Numbered from the stretch's first letter, positions 37,670 through 50,589 are shown. The stretch is 64,000 nt of DNA from Camelus dromedarius (GCF_036321535.1 NC_087437.1:113958001-114022000); one strand, 5' to 3'. Translations and numbers: made by a program. The notes: generated by a model not told the origin, from the sequence alone.

Positions 37670-40600
37670 AAATATGGGTCAGTTTCTGGACTCTCTATTT
37701 TGCTCTATTATCTGTCCTATTCCCAAGCCGCTCTTTCTGAATTACTACATGCTAGAAAGTCTTAAAATCAAGCAGTATATACTCTCCAATTCTGTTCTTT
37801 TTCCAAATTGTTGAGTATTCTATATCCTTTTCATTGATATATAAATTTTAAAATCTCCTTGACAGTTCTACAAAAAGGACTGGTGAAATTTTTAATTAGG
37901 AATTCATTAAGTCTGTAGATCACTTTGAGGAGAATAGACATTATACCAAAGTCAAGTCATACATCTATGAACATAATATATCTCTTTCTTTCATTTAGGT
38001 CTTCTTTAATTTCCTCCAGCAAGCTTTTGAATATTCAGTGTAGAGCTCTCCCATGTAATTTTTTATGCTATTGTAAATGGTATAGGTTAAGTTTCATTTT
38101 CCAATGATATTTGTTACCATAGAGAAACAAACACAATTGATTTTTCAAATGTTGACCTTGTATCCCACAACCTTGCAAAATTTGTCTCTGGTTCTAGTAG
38201 TTGGCTTGTGGTTTACTTAGAATCTTCCACTACACAGTCATGTTGTCTGTGAATACAGGTAGCTTCATGCTTTCTTTCTAGCTCTATGACATAAGCCAGA
38301 AAATTGCTTTGGAACAAAGTTGATTTGAAATTATGAGAATGGACATAATTTCCTTATCTTCAGTCTTAAGTGGAAAGGTATTTGCTATTTACCATTAAGT
38401 TTTCTGTGCATTATAAAGAGTTTTATAGATTCCCTTGATCAATCTGAGGAATTTTTTTTCTTCTTACTCATCGAATGTTTTTTCTTCACCTATTAAGATG
38501 CAAATTTGAATTTCGTCCATCATTCTCTGAAGTATATTGATTAATTTATATATGTTTAACCAGCCTTGCATCCTTGGGAATGAAAAAACCCAAAAAGATA
38601 TGATAAATTATCCTTTTCTATGTCCTGTGGATTCAATTTGTTAATACATTTTAAAGAATTTTTTCATCTACATTCTTGAAGAAGATTTTCTTGTTGTTGG
38701 CTAGTTTTAGAATCAGGGTTATGCCAGCATCCTGGGAAGTAAGTCATCTCATTAATTTTTAAAGACTTTGTGAAGGCTTAGTATGAGTTCCTTTTTAAAT
38801 ATTTCAGAGAATTCACCCCTAAAATTAAGTGAAACTGCAGTCTTCTCTGTGGAAAGATCTTAAATTACAGGTATCATTTATTTATTCAGTATAGGACTAC
38901 TGAGATTTTCTATTTCTTCTTGAGTACATTTTGCTGATTTGTATTTTTTAAGAATTTTTGAATTTCCCAATTTGCTTAACTTACTGGTATAAAAATTGTC
39001 CCTAATATTTCCTTATTTTTCTTTCTAATGTCCAAATGATCTATAGTGTTGTTTCCTCTTTTATTCCTCATACAGTAATTTCTGTTCTTTGTTTTCTTGA
39101 CACTTCTATTTAGGGTTTTATCAAATTTATTCATCTTTTCAAAGAAATGAATTTAAATGCTATTTATTTTCTCTATTTTTATACATTTTCTATTCAATTC
39201 ATATCTTTTCTTATCTTTATTCTTTTCCTACTTCATTTTATTTTAATTTACTCTTCTTTTTCTAGCTTCTTTTGATGGAGGCTTATATCATTAATTTTAA
39301 GCCTTTTTTTGTTCCCTAATACAAGCATTTAAAGCCATATATTTCCTCCTAAGCACTATTTTAGCTATATCTCATACATTTTGATATGTTGTGTTTTCAA
39401 TATCATTTAGTTAAAAAATATTTTCCAAATTCCCATATTTGACCCATGAGTAATTTATTAGTGCATAGTCTAATTTTCAAAAATGTGGGGATTTTTCAGA
39501 TATCCTTTTTGTTAGTGATTGCTAATTTAATTCTAATATGGTCAGAATTATGCGGAGTTTTAGCATACTCAGTGTAATTTCAATTCTTTGAAGTCTATTG
39601 AGACTTCATTTATGGTCCAGAATTGATCTTTCATTCTTTCTTTCCTCCTTTTTTTCTTTTTTTTTCTCTTTCTTCGTCCTTTCTTTTCTTCCTGCATCCT
39701 TTTTTCTTTTTCCTTTTTTCTCTCTTTTCTTCCCTTTCTTTCTTCCTTCTCTTCCTGCTCCAATCTTTCTCTTTATTTTCATTTATTTCCAATTACAGAA
39801 ATATTAGACCACTTGATAATTCACAACAAGTCACTGAAGATCCCTTCACTTTTTTTTTCCATTTTTTTTTTTTTTTAATTATCTCAGTGTTTCAGTTGGG
39901 TAGTTTCTATGAACTTCTATGTGATTTCACTCTTTTTTTTCCCTTGCATTTTCCAATCTAATATTAAGACTACACAGGGAAATTTTTTCTGATATTTTAG
40001 TTTTTAGTTATAGAAATCTCATTTTGTTCTTTTAGACAAGTTTCATTTCTCACTGATAGTACTCATTTCTTCATTCATTATGTCCATATTTTCCTTCAAA
40101 TCTCTGAACACATTTATGATAACAGTTTTAAATTCCATGTCTGCTAATTCCAATATTTGTTCCATCTTTAGATCTGTCTCTTGATTATTTCTCCTGATTA
40201 CTTGTCATATTTTTGGTTTTGCGTGACTAGTACATATTTATTGGGTTTTGCACATTGTAGGACCAAGGTTGTTAAGATCTAGATTTTTTTTTCTTTTTTT
40301 TGGTCTTCCTTTATAGAGTTCTGAGTTGTTTTCTTGCAGGTGTGTAATTTACTGGCTGATCAATTTGTTTCTGGTAATACTTTTAGGTTTTATCAATGAT
40401 ACTCTATAGTAGCTCTTACTCTGTAACTAGAATAACTCAACTTTCTAAAGCATGATCATTTCGGGGTCTAAATTGAAGACGAGGATTTTCTACAATGTTC
40501 ATTACACCTTTAATCTTGGTTCATTAAAACTCCAGCATCTCTCAGTGGTATGTGTCCTCTGAATTCTCCATTTATGGCATAGTCCCCCAGTAACTATACC

Positions 40601-40960
40601 CTGCCAGGCCACACGGAGGCTTGTCTTGCTCCTACACAATTTAGTATTCAGCCAAGACCAAGGTAACTCCTACACTGACATCTGGAACTTGTTCTCTGTG
40701 TAGCTGCCGTCTTTTTAGTGTTCTGACCAGCAAATTCAGCTGCTTCAGCTGCCCAAGACCCCAATCTCTATGACTTCTGCCCAGTGTTTGACTCCACTTT
40801 TCTACACCATAGCTTGCATCCTCAGGCAGAAGGCTGGGGTGAACGTGGGCTCAGTTTGTGTGCTTCTTTCTTTCACAGAGCACAGTCTTTCATTATCTGT
40901 ACAGTTCAATGCCTGCAAATAGTTGCCTCATATATTTTTCTGTTTTATCCGTGGGATACT
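37670..40960 (-). mobile_element. Long decayed old L1 (L1M/L1ME-type body) with a CT-rich low-complexity tract at about 39625-39790
   Basis: T-rich antisense L1 ORF2 motifs: TTTCTGGACTCTCTATT, TTGACCTTGTATCC, AACCAGCCTTGCATCC, TTCATCTTTTCAAAGAA, TTTCCTCTAAGCAC; no intact ORF. Confidence 0.8.
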
Positions 40961-41099
40961 ATTCCAAAACCCATTAATTTGTCACGGTTACAACTGAAAA
41001 TTTTATTTAACATTTTCTTCATAATCTGTAGGATACCTCATAAGGCTTATCAAAATGCTGGCGGCATGAGTGCAAGGAAATGAGGCTAAAACAACACAC

Positions 41100-41490
41100 T
41101 GCCTGATGGCCGGGTTCAATCACTGAATAACCATGTGACTCTGAACAAAATAAAAGCTCTCTAGTCTAAAGCTCCTTTGCCTTAAATTAGGAAAAATAGT
41201 ACATGTCCGTGGTAGGGTACAGCTCAGTGGTAGAGAACATGCTTAGCATGCATGAGGTCCTGGGTTCAATCCCCAGTACCTCCGTGAAGAAAATAAATAA
41301 ATGAATGAATGAATGAATGAATGAATAAATAAATAAATAAATAAAATCACTCCCCTCAAAAAAAGAGAGAATTTTTTTTTAATTAAAAATAGTACATGTC
41401 AGAGCAAGTCGTTCATAGGTTAGAAGCTCTACTATATGGAAAACTCTTAACATAGTGCTTGGTAAATAAAAGTACAAAAAGTTTGTTAAT
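41100..41490 (+). mobile_element. MIR SINE interrupted by a Vic-1-type SINE
   Basis: AACCATGTGACTCTGAACAA... on the left and ...AACTCTTAACATAGTGCTTGGTAAATAAAAGTAC on the right of the insertion. Confidence 0.55.
41208..41384 (+). mobile_element. Camelid tRNA-Ala-derived SINE (Vic-1 type)
   Basis: A box CAGCTCAGTGG, B box GGTTCAATCC, (AATA/GAAT)n tail, T-run; perfect 16-bp TSD AAAAATAGTACATGTC at 41192-41207 and 41385-41400. Confidence 0.93.
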
Positions 41491-41620
41491 ATTATAAGCA
41501 TTATTTTTATTATATTATGTATTAATATATTATATTAATTTATTATATATTGTTTTGTATGTTTATATTATATTATTATTTATATTATAATATATAATAT
41601 ATATTTATTGTGTTTATTAC
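41490..41620. repeat. AT-rich low-complexity tract
   Basis: Degenerate (TAT/TA)n sequence directly visible. Confidence 0.85.
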
Positions 41621-42522
41621 TCCATTTTTCAAGATAAACCTTAACAATTATAAATTATTGGTTAAATCTATAAAAGTAGGGGAAAAGTCTGTTCAACAGC
41701 ATGATAGAAGCAAGAGTAAAGAGAAAGGTGACATATCAAAGCCACACCTATTTAGACACACCTGTAAATGTAAGTTTATTATGTGCTAGTGAAGTGGCAT
41801 AGCTAAAATAATACACTGTATCTGTGTATATTCTATTTCACCCTGCCCTGCACTGTCGTGGTTTTTGTATTTGTTCTTCAGAAGACAGTACGATCCTTAG
41901 GCTCCAGAAGACCAGTGTATAGAACAAATGTTTACCAAGTATCCACAGAGTATATAAATGAATAAAAGTAAACATAATTCTGGTTTATTATTTCTAAAAG
42001 CTTGTCACTTTTAATTATTATCCAACTTAATTAGCATTTCCAGTTTCATCTCTTCCTTGTTTAACTCATTTCTGTTCGGTTTCTCCTGGTGGAGGTTGGG
42101 ATAGAGATATAAGGCCAATACTCCTGGAGTCCCCAAATGTAGAGAGATAAAGGAGCCGGTAGAAACAATACAAATGCAGTCTAAGTCAGTTGGAATGGGG
42201 AAATCACTAGAACCCAATCACTTCTTCCAACGCATGCCTTTCAGTTTGAGGGTCTCTGGGGAGTCTCACAGAAGCTCATGACCTCCAAGACTACACTTCC
42301 CTCCTTCCTTGCAGTAATGCTCTCTGTGTCACTCCTTGGCCTTGTGGCATTTCTGAAACTCTCAGAAATTGCCTCTTATCAACATTATTGTGACCCCACC
42401 CACCCTTCCATTCTGCTTTGAAACCACCATACGGAGCTGGGAAATCGGCCCTCATCCCCGTCTCTGTCATTCTGAGTTGGCGGCAGTAAGAGGTACTTGT
42501 ATTAGGATACATGCATCGGTAT

Positions 42523-42770
42523 GTATTTATCCATATATTGATTCATAACAAATTACTCCAAAACTTGGAAACTTAAAACAATGATTTTTCTTGTACATCC
42601 TGTAGTTCAAGACTCAACTGGGAGATGATCAACTTCCAAGTTCACACACATGACTGTTGGCAGGATTCCATTCCCCTTGGGCTCTTGGCCTGAGGGTTTC
42701 AGTTTGTTTCAAACTGTTGGATTAAGACCATCCTCAGCTCTCTGCCACACTGGCCTCTTCAAAGGGCTGG
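42523..42770 (-). mobile_element. MLT1F/G-like LTR fragment
   Basis: CATAACAAATTACTCCAAAACTTGGAAACTTAAAACAA...TTCCAAGTTCACACACATGACTGTTGGCAGG. Confidence 0.7.
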
Positions 42771-42799
42771 TCTAGGAGCCAGCAAAGAGCAGGTTTACC

Positions 42800-43100
42800 A
42801 TGAAGGAACAGGACAGCTATCCTCAAATATTTAAAGAACTATCATGTAGATTTATTTAGCACTATCTCAGAAGGCAGAACCAGGACCCATAGGTGGGAAA
42901 TGAGGAACATTTTCACTTACTCCAAGGAAAAAAATTTATATTGTCCAAAGATGATGACAGATGCACTGGGAGGTGGTGAGACCGCCCTTAGGGCATCAGA
43001 TCCTGGTTCACCACCTGCCACCTGGATTCCAGAGAGACTCAGGGACAGGACATGGCTGGGCAGTCTGATATATAAGGTCATTTTTGATGTAGTTCTGTGA
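42800..43100 (+). mobile_element. CR1/L3 LINE 3' fragment
   Basis: CAGCTATCCTCAAATATTTAAAG...CAGAAGGCAGAACCAGGACC...TGTCCAAAGATG...TGGGAGGTGGTGAG...TTCTGTGA follows the mammalian CR1/L3 3' consensus. Confidence 0.7.
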
Positions 43101-43410
43101 CCCAATCAATTCCAAATCAATACTACTTTCATCATAATTCCAGTGTTTACCCCTCTTTTCTCCTACAAACAAAGTCACGCCGATAGTCCCAGCTGTCCTA
43201 AATATTACAAAGGCCTCCTTACAATCTTCCAAACACGAATTGCTCAGATTAACTTTCCAAAGTCATATTCAACTCATGACATTCCTCTTTAGCCAGCATG
43301 TCTTGATGATCCCTTTTATCTATGGAATAAAACTCAGACTGCTTACCCATACAAAATGGAGCCCCAGCCTCCATTCCCTTGCCTTTGCCTGCTCTTACCC
43401 GTATGCCTCA

Positions 43411-44777
43411 TGCTTAGTTAGTTCATGTTGTACAACAAAGTACCATAGACTAGGGGCTTAGAACAAGGATTCATTTTCACAGTTCTGGAGGCACCCAGTA
43501 TCCGGGGAGAGCCTGCTTTCCAATTTGCAGATGGCTGTCGCTCATTGTACCCTCACAGGGCAGAGGGCAAAAAGAATGAGCTCTCTGGTCTCCTTATAAG
43601 AGCACTGGTCGTGTTCATGACAGCTCCACTCTCACAGCCTGATTACCCCCTGAAGACCTTACCCTCCTAATACATTACAGTGGCGGGTAGGATTTCAAGA
43701 TATAAATTTTGATTTAAAAAATGCCAGAGATGGTGTGGAGAAAAGGGAACTCTCCTATGTGGCTGGTGGGAATATAAACTGCTGCTGCTGCCATGGAAAA
43801 CAGTATGGAGGTTCCTTATAAAAACTAAAAATAGAGGTTACCATATGATCCAGCAATCCCACTCCTGGGCATATATCCAGAAGAGACGCAAATTCTAATT
43901 TGAAAAGATATACGCAGTCCGATGTTTATAACAGCAATATTTACAATAGCCAAGCCATGCAAGCAACCTAAACATCCACTGACAAATGACTGGATAAAGA
44001 AACTGTGGTACATATATATCAATGGAACACTACTCATCCACAAAAATGAATAAAATAATGCCATTTGCAGCAACATGGATGGACCTAGAGATGATCATAC
44101 TAAATGAAGTCAGAGAAAGACAAACATCATATGATATCACTTATATGTGAAATCCAAAAAAAATGATACAAAGGAACTTCTTTACAAAATAGAAATAAAC
44201 TCACAGACATAAAAAACAAATTTATGGTTACTGGAGGGAAGAAGAGTTGAGGGAGATAAATTAGGAGTTTGAGATTAACAGATACACCCTACTACATATA
44301 GAACAGATAAACAACAAGGGCCTACTGTATAGCACAGAGAATACTATTCAGTATCTTGTAATAACCTATAATGGAAAAGAATCTTTAAAAAGTGTATATA
44401 TATATATATATATATATCTGAATCACTATGCTGTACACCAGAAACCAACATAACATTGTAAATCAACTATACTTCAATTAAAAAAACATAGAAATAAAAA
44501 AAAATAGTGTAACCTTGAAATAAATCAGAGATAAGAGTAGCTAACTCCTCTACTATGATTTCTAAACAAGGTAGTTCTTACGTAGCATGCCTATTTTGGA
44601 GTACCGGATTGTGAGAAGAACTGTAGAGTCATAAATCTGACAATTATCTATCTCCCTATCTAACCAAATCACTTTTCTGTACACCTGAAACTAACACAAC
44701 ATGGTAAATCAACTATACTTCAATCTAAAAAAAAAAGATATGAATTTTAGGAGGACATAAACGTTCAGAGTAAAACA
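43411..44777 (-). mobile_element. MLT1A0-like solo LTR split by an L1 insertion (pieces 43411-43710 and 44735-44777)
   Basis: ACAAAGTACCATAGACTAGGGGCTTA...GGATTTCAAGATATAAATTTT resumes after the L1 as GATATGAATTTTAGGAGGACATAAACGTTCAGAGTAAAACA. Confidence 0.85.
43711..44734 (+). mobile_element. 5'-truncated cetartiodactyl L1 (ORF2 end plus 3' UTR), extra sequence and a second L1 tail
   Basis: GGAGAAAAGGGAAC...CCATATGATCCAGCAATCCCACTCCTGGGCATATATCC...AATCAACTATACTTCAAT(A)n; 13/14 TSD AAGATAT(A/G)AATTTT at 43697-43710 and 44735-44748. Confidence 0.92.
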
Positions 44778-45247
44778 CGTGGGATTAGACTAGATACCTC
44801 ACCGTTTACCAAATAGGGCATGCACTTTACATACCACGTCATGCCTCTGGCAAAGAAAGCAAAGATGAGCAACCTTGGCTCTGCCGCCAAGGGCCTTGCC
44901 ATTTATCAAGTGGGGTAAGACACAAGACCAGAAAACTGAGACATAAAGTGTTAGTGTCCTGGGAGTTGCAAAGATCATGGTGACTTCTATCTCAGGAAAT
45001 TAAGAAAAATTTTCCTGGAGGATTTGTGGACATCGAACAGCTAAAGATGGAGCCAGGATTCCATCTCACTTTTTGGTTGGAAGGAACAGATATCTGCCCA
45101 ACAATTCTAAAGGAAAGAGTGAGAACATGGGTTCTTTAAGTCATAAGTATTAACAGGGTGTTGCACGGTTGAGAGACCTCCACCATTCTTATTCTTGAGT
45201 ATTTCAATGAATGAAATATTAAAACGTGGTCACAGAATTGTGGTATA

Positions 45248-46246
45248 CAGTTGTCACTTGGACAACATGGGTTTGAACTACATGGATCCACTTATATGTG
45301 GATTTCTTCCAATAAATCTATTGGAAAAATTTGGGAGATCTGTGACAATTTAAAAAAAAAAAAACAGATAAACTGCATAGCTTATAGAGGTACTGAAAAA
45401 ATTAAGAAAATGTTAGGTATGTCATGAATGCATAAAATATGTGTAGCTACTAGCCTATCCTTACCCAGGCAAAAGTGAGTGATAATTAATATGAAATTAA
45501 CAATGTGTTAGTTTTCTTTCTGTTTGAGAATTTCGCTTTCAAAGAATTACGTTCCCATACAGGATGCCTCTTTTTCTGTCTCTCTTGTATTTGGAGAAAC
45601 CGTGTATTAGCCTGTCTTCATGTGTCTTTTTTCTTAAAATGTAATACTGTATGCCATAAAAATTTTATGACGATTCACTCACAAGTGCATAGGCTAGGAC
45701 ACTGTGAAGCAATCGTACGGATTGCACTAGGCTGCCATGAAGCAAGCTTATTGCTGCTTCTTCGTTGTCAACGCATGAATCATTATACCTGTAAATAAAT
45801 AACGAATTTCTTTTTTACATTATCTTTTCATTTTTGATGTCTAGTGTTAGTAATGCCTATAACTTCCACAGTGTTTTGTATCATATAAAACAATATTGAT
45901 GTAGGTACTGACAGACAATTCATCTTGCAAGTAGACATTGTAAGCCTATGGTATTGATATTGATAAATACAGTGCAGTCCTGTAAATGTATTTTCTCTTC
46001 CTTATAATTTTTCTAAAAACATTTGCTTTTCCCTAGCTTACTTTATTGTAAGAAAGCAATATATATATATTTATATATATATATATAAAATGCAGATTTC
46101 TATTCAACTATTTATGTTATCAGTAAGGCTTCCAGTCAACAACAGGCTGTTAGTAGTTAATTTGGGGGCAGTCAAAGGTTATATGTGGATTTTTGACTAC
46201 ACAGGGTGTCAGTACTCTAACCCTCATGTTGTTCAAGGTTCAACTA
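45248..46246. mobile_element. Tigger2-family (TcMar) non-autonomous DNA transposon, about 1 kb
   Basis: TIRs CAGTTGTCACTTGGACAACATGGG ... CATGTTGTTCAAGGTTCAACTA, flanked by a TA TSD on both sides. Confidence 0.9.
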
Positions 46247-47351
46247 TAATTTTAAATTTTGTGTTAAGAAAAGTAATGTTTTTTCATAAATCCACACAAA
46301 TACATCATCACTTAGGGATATTGCCAAAGTTCCAATGTTGAGTCATTTGATAAATGTGATGTCCCTTCTCCTCCCCATTACAGACCGGGAGTATTGGTCA
46401 CTGAGGGGGACTGAGAACAGACGTTGGATAACAGTATTAGGAAGATCTTAGATTGTCTGGAATACCATGGCATATTTTAATTATCTGAGCTTGGCTGAGA
46501 TCAGAAAAGCTGGTGTCTCGGTGTAGTAGAAAGAGTGCTAGATGTGGAGATCCCGCAGGAGATCACTGGCAAGACAACAGACAACTCCGGCTGAAAGGTC
46601 AGTTTTTTGCATTGAGAAAAGTGGCTAAGGTGTGCCTTAAGGTTCCTTAAGTTCTAGCATTCAAAAATGTGTCAACTTTTCAGGTACAGCTAAATACTTA
46701 CAGGGAGACTTTACCCATCATAATAATTAAAGATCTACCAACTTCAAATATTTTTAAAAATCTTCTTAACCAGTATTTTCTTGCAAAATGTCAAAGTAAC
46801 TAGCAAACAGTAAGAATACATATAGATATACTTTAATAGTTTCCAAATTATCTTAAAATAGTTCACAACAATTGAAAGCAGTCATTTGAAGACCAAATGG
46901 ACACATTTGTACACGGAAACGATGTATTTGACGTTGTGGAGTCTGTAAAACACAGATTTCCATCCAGTGTGACCACATAGCTCTATAACTGCAAATCAAA
47001 TTTCATTGAAATATAAGGAAAAATCTCATTTGGCACATTTTATTTGGTGTCAAGAAGGTGGGTCAAAATTAAAGCTTAGACGATTATTTCATTCAGACAT
47101 TTATGTCAAAGTTGGTCAACACATTCTAGAGATATTGTGAGCAGACAGAAAAAGGAAACTGTCATGCCACAAGCTGCAGGAAAATTCTGCTTTGATCAGT
47201 CAATGCTTGTTACCTTTTGAGTTTTAAATCACGTGCTCAAAACTTTATTCCTTCCACACAGCATTCAGATTCCATCCTTCCTTTCTGGATAGAGAAGCCT
47301 TTGGAATATGGACAGATTCACTTTTAAAATTTGAAAGTATCAAACTATATT

Positions 47352-47634
47352 AGTCAAAGGGTGTGAAGTTTCAGATATACAAGGTGAATAAATCCTTGAG
47401 ATGTGCTATGAAGCGTAAAGCATGTTAAATGCTCTTATGAGAAAAACAATAATAATAATAAACAAAGAGGATGGTAGAAGGCTTTTGGAAGTAATGGATA
47501 TGTTCACGGCATAGAAAGTGGTGATGATTTCAGAGGTGTAAACTTATCACCGAATTCATCAGGCTGTATACATTAACTATGTACAGCTTTTTGTATGCCA
47601 ACCATATCTCAATAAAGTGGTTTTAAAAAATAAA
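47352..47634 (+). mobile_element. L1MB1-like 3' end
   Basis: GTCAAAGGGTGTGAAGTTTCAG...GTATACATTAACTATGTACAGCTTTTTGTATG...CTCAATAAAGTGG. Confidence 0.8.
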
Positions 47635-49314
47635 GCTTCTTAGTGGCATCTGACAGTTTTCATAATTTTATAATGATTATAAGATTCAAACTATAAAAGC
47701 ACATGTAAGATGAGCCTACTTATCCCCTAATACAGGGAGCACTAAACATAAAATTATACTTAACAAATGCATATGAAATTGGCCTTTTGCTCGCCTTTAA
47801 GTTGTAAAACTCAGTTACTGGAAAAGACAGAAGCTCAATAAGGAACATCACAGATTTGTTTTACTTGAATTTTGCATGCTGTGCAGAAATTGACCTTCAC
47901 AATAAGAAAATATTTACCAGATTTAATTCACTTAAGAGCAAAGATCCATGGTTTGTTAAGTACCCAACCACATTATTTTCAGAATACAGACTGTGAACAT
48001 ACACTGGAAAAACATCCAAGGATTTAAACATACGGTAATTTATGTTGATTTCTATTGCCAGCTATTACTGCTCAGTGTTCAACATTACATCCTGTGTTGA
48101 GGTGGGTAAGGTAATGAAGCATTAAGTCTGGCCCGGGCTGAGAACAGCCCCCGTCTCGGCTCCGTGCCCATGAATGAACATACGTCAGGCTAGAGCCAGG
48201 CCAGTAGAGTGTCTGGCATTTCTTCCTGGCGGTCGCCACCGCCGACTTTTTTTTAATACTGTGAATGTGTACATGTTCCAATAACTGTGCTCAAGTTCTG
48301 CCTTATAGATGCAAGACAGATCTTTGGCCTGTCTACGGCTCAGCTCTCCCTTTAAACTTTCTGGCATGCTTTCCAACAAATACTTAGACATAATCTGAGA
48401 CACATCTTTCATCAGGACCTGACTAACTATCAGTCGGTCAGATGTAATGAACTTCCCTCTCCCACAGATACTCAAAGGAGCTGCAGCTCTCCCTAGCACG
48501 TTCACTGGCCTGATGGGGCATGTTTTAAATTACACAAGATAAGGGACCCCCGTATATCAGAGGGCTGTCCTGAGGATCTCTGCTGATTCCCAAGTACCAC
48601 AAAATTTACTAAACTCATAGCCTTATACAGAGGTTCCAGTAAACTGACTTTTTTCCACGTTTATTTCAGTAACATACTAATGTTTAGGTTGTGCCTTTGG
48701 CCCTGTTAGGTGGATATCTGTAAGTATGCTTTCATTTATAGCATAAGATCAAGTTCAAGGGTAAAATTCATTAGCTTCCAGCATATTCCTAAATGTCTAG
48801 GCATTCACATTTTGAGTAAAGAAAATTTTCTTATTGAAAAGGAAAGCAGCCTGATGGGCGGGAGAATAGAATAATTCTCTTGGGAATCAAGGGACCAAGA
48901 GGCTTTCATTTCTTCTTTTTCCCTCCAGACAAAAGAGGTAATTTGGCTACCAAAAAAATTGTAGACTAAGTAAAATTGATATTCAGTGGCTTCTATCTCC
49001 TTCCAGTGCCCTTCCTTGTGCTTTGTTTCACTTTCCCTATTACTCCTTCTTGCCTCCCTTCAAGCAACCTCTGTATTGTCATGCTCCTTTTTCTTTTATC
49101 AAAACAAAATCTTAGACAAGAATGCTGTATCAGTCATTTACATCTTAGTATCAATTAAAGTGTATGTCTTATCTTGATCTTTGTGATGTACATCATCTTT
49201 CTCTGCTAAAGGTAATTTCTGCTATCAGAGTAGAAAGAGTTACCCAGATAAAGATGAATTTCCTAACATCTTTTAACTTGAAACCTCAGTCTGCTCACCA
49301 TCTCTGGACTGCTC

Positions 49315-49500
49315 CAGTCATTCATTTGTATATTCAATCTTTTGGCCAACAGTTACAATGCAGTGAATTCTGGGATAAAACACTTGTGCATGATGGAGAT
49401 GTATGTGAAACAGGGATTCAGGGGAGAAAGATGCCCCTCCTGGTTGAAAAAATCCTGGAAGGCTTCATGGAGGAAGCAGGATTAGTGCTGAGCCTTGAAA
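49315..49500 (-). mobile_element. L2 LINE fragment
   Basis: TCATTCATT...CCTGGAAGGCTTCATGGAGGAAG...GCTGAGCCTTGAA. Confidence 0.5.
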
Positions 49501-49981
49501 TATACATCCTAGGATCTGTTTCTGCTGCTATGAAATATTTATGGTGAAACAACTAGAATGATGTACTTGAAAGAATCTGGCCAAGATGCTCCACTGACTG
49601 AACACCGGAGTTTGGAATTTGTGGAGAAGATGGAATCACAGGCAAGTCCTGGCCTTCCCCTGTGTCAACTCTGAGGCCACTTTTAAAATATTCACATGAG
49701 TTCAGGCTTTTTCCTTCTATGGTCAGAATCACTAATCAATGTCTCCTTTGGGGACTGGCTCTGGGGATCTGGGAGAGGCTGTCTGGTCCTCTCTCATTGG
49801 TACATATCTGTAGACTAGATCTCACAGCTGATGGACAGGCAGTGGCCCGAGAAAGCTAAGAAATGGGAAAAGTAAGTCATCAAGGGGGCAGATCATGGCG
49901 ATGCAGAAACCAGAGAAGACAAAGTATACTCTGTTATTTATCTAGTGCCTCTTCCACGCTGCGTGCTGGGGATACAGCATC

Positions 49982-50416
49982 TGTTAAGGGTTAAATCCTG
50001 CACTCCCCAAAATTCATTTGTTAAAGTCCTAACCCCCAGGACCTCACAACGTGACCTTATTTAGAAACAGGGCCATTGCAGATGTAATTAGTTAAGACAA
50101 GGTCTTAGGGTGACCCCTAATCCAATCTTACCAGTGTCTTTATAAAAAGGGGAAATTTGGCTGCAGATATGCACACAGGAAGAACATCATGTGAAGGTGA
50201 AGGCAGAGATCTGGTCCAAGGAATGCCAAAAATGGCCAGCAAATCACCAGAAACCAGGGGAGAGCCATAGAAGGGATTCTCCCTCATAGCCTCAGAAAGA
50301 ACCAAACCTGCTCACACTTCCATGTTGGGCTTCTTGCCTCCAGACAATGAATTTCTGGTGTTAAAATCTATTCAGTTTGTGATTCTTCATTACTGTAGCC
50401 CTAGCCAAGGAATCCA
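49982..50416 (+). mobile_element. MLT1C-like MaLR solo LTR
   Basis: TG...CA termini; perfect 5-bp TSD GCATC at 49977-49981 and 50417-50421; GTGACCTTATTTAGAAAC and GCAGATGTAATTAGTTAAGA. Confidence 0.92.
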
Positions 50417-50589
50417 GCATCAAGGCACATTCCCTCTCCTCAGGCACCTACGGGCTCCAGAGTCAGGAGAACAGGGTCCAAGCCCACAGGAGGTACGCGC
50501 AGGTGTCTGTGGGCATGCGCAGGAGCAGGGAGGGGGCGAACCCGAGGGTGAAGCTGGGAAGGAAGAGGGAGGTGGGCACTGCAGGAGGA

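Noticed and set aside
39569..39961. K/R/E-rich and F/S/L-rich ORFs
   Set aside because: Translations of a CT-rich low-complexity tract within a decayed L1.
41211..41283. tRNA-Ala(AGC)-like sequence (also about 59628-59702 and 63821-63895)
   Set aside because: Each copy is followed by the same SINE tail and flanked by TSDs, so these are SINE heads, not tRNA genes.
43825..44076. 83-aa minus-strand ORF
   Set aside because: Antisense reading of an L1 3' region.
48185..48505. 106-aa minus-strand ORF
   Set aside because: No recognisable homology and no convincing splice-site pair.
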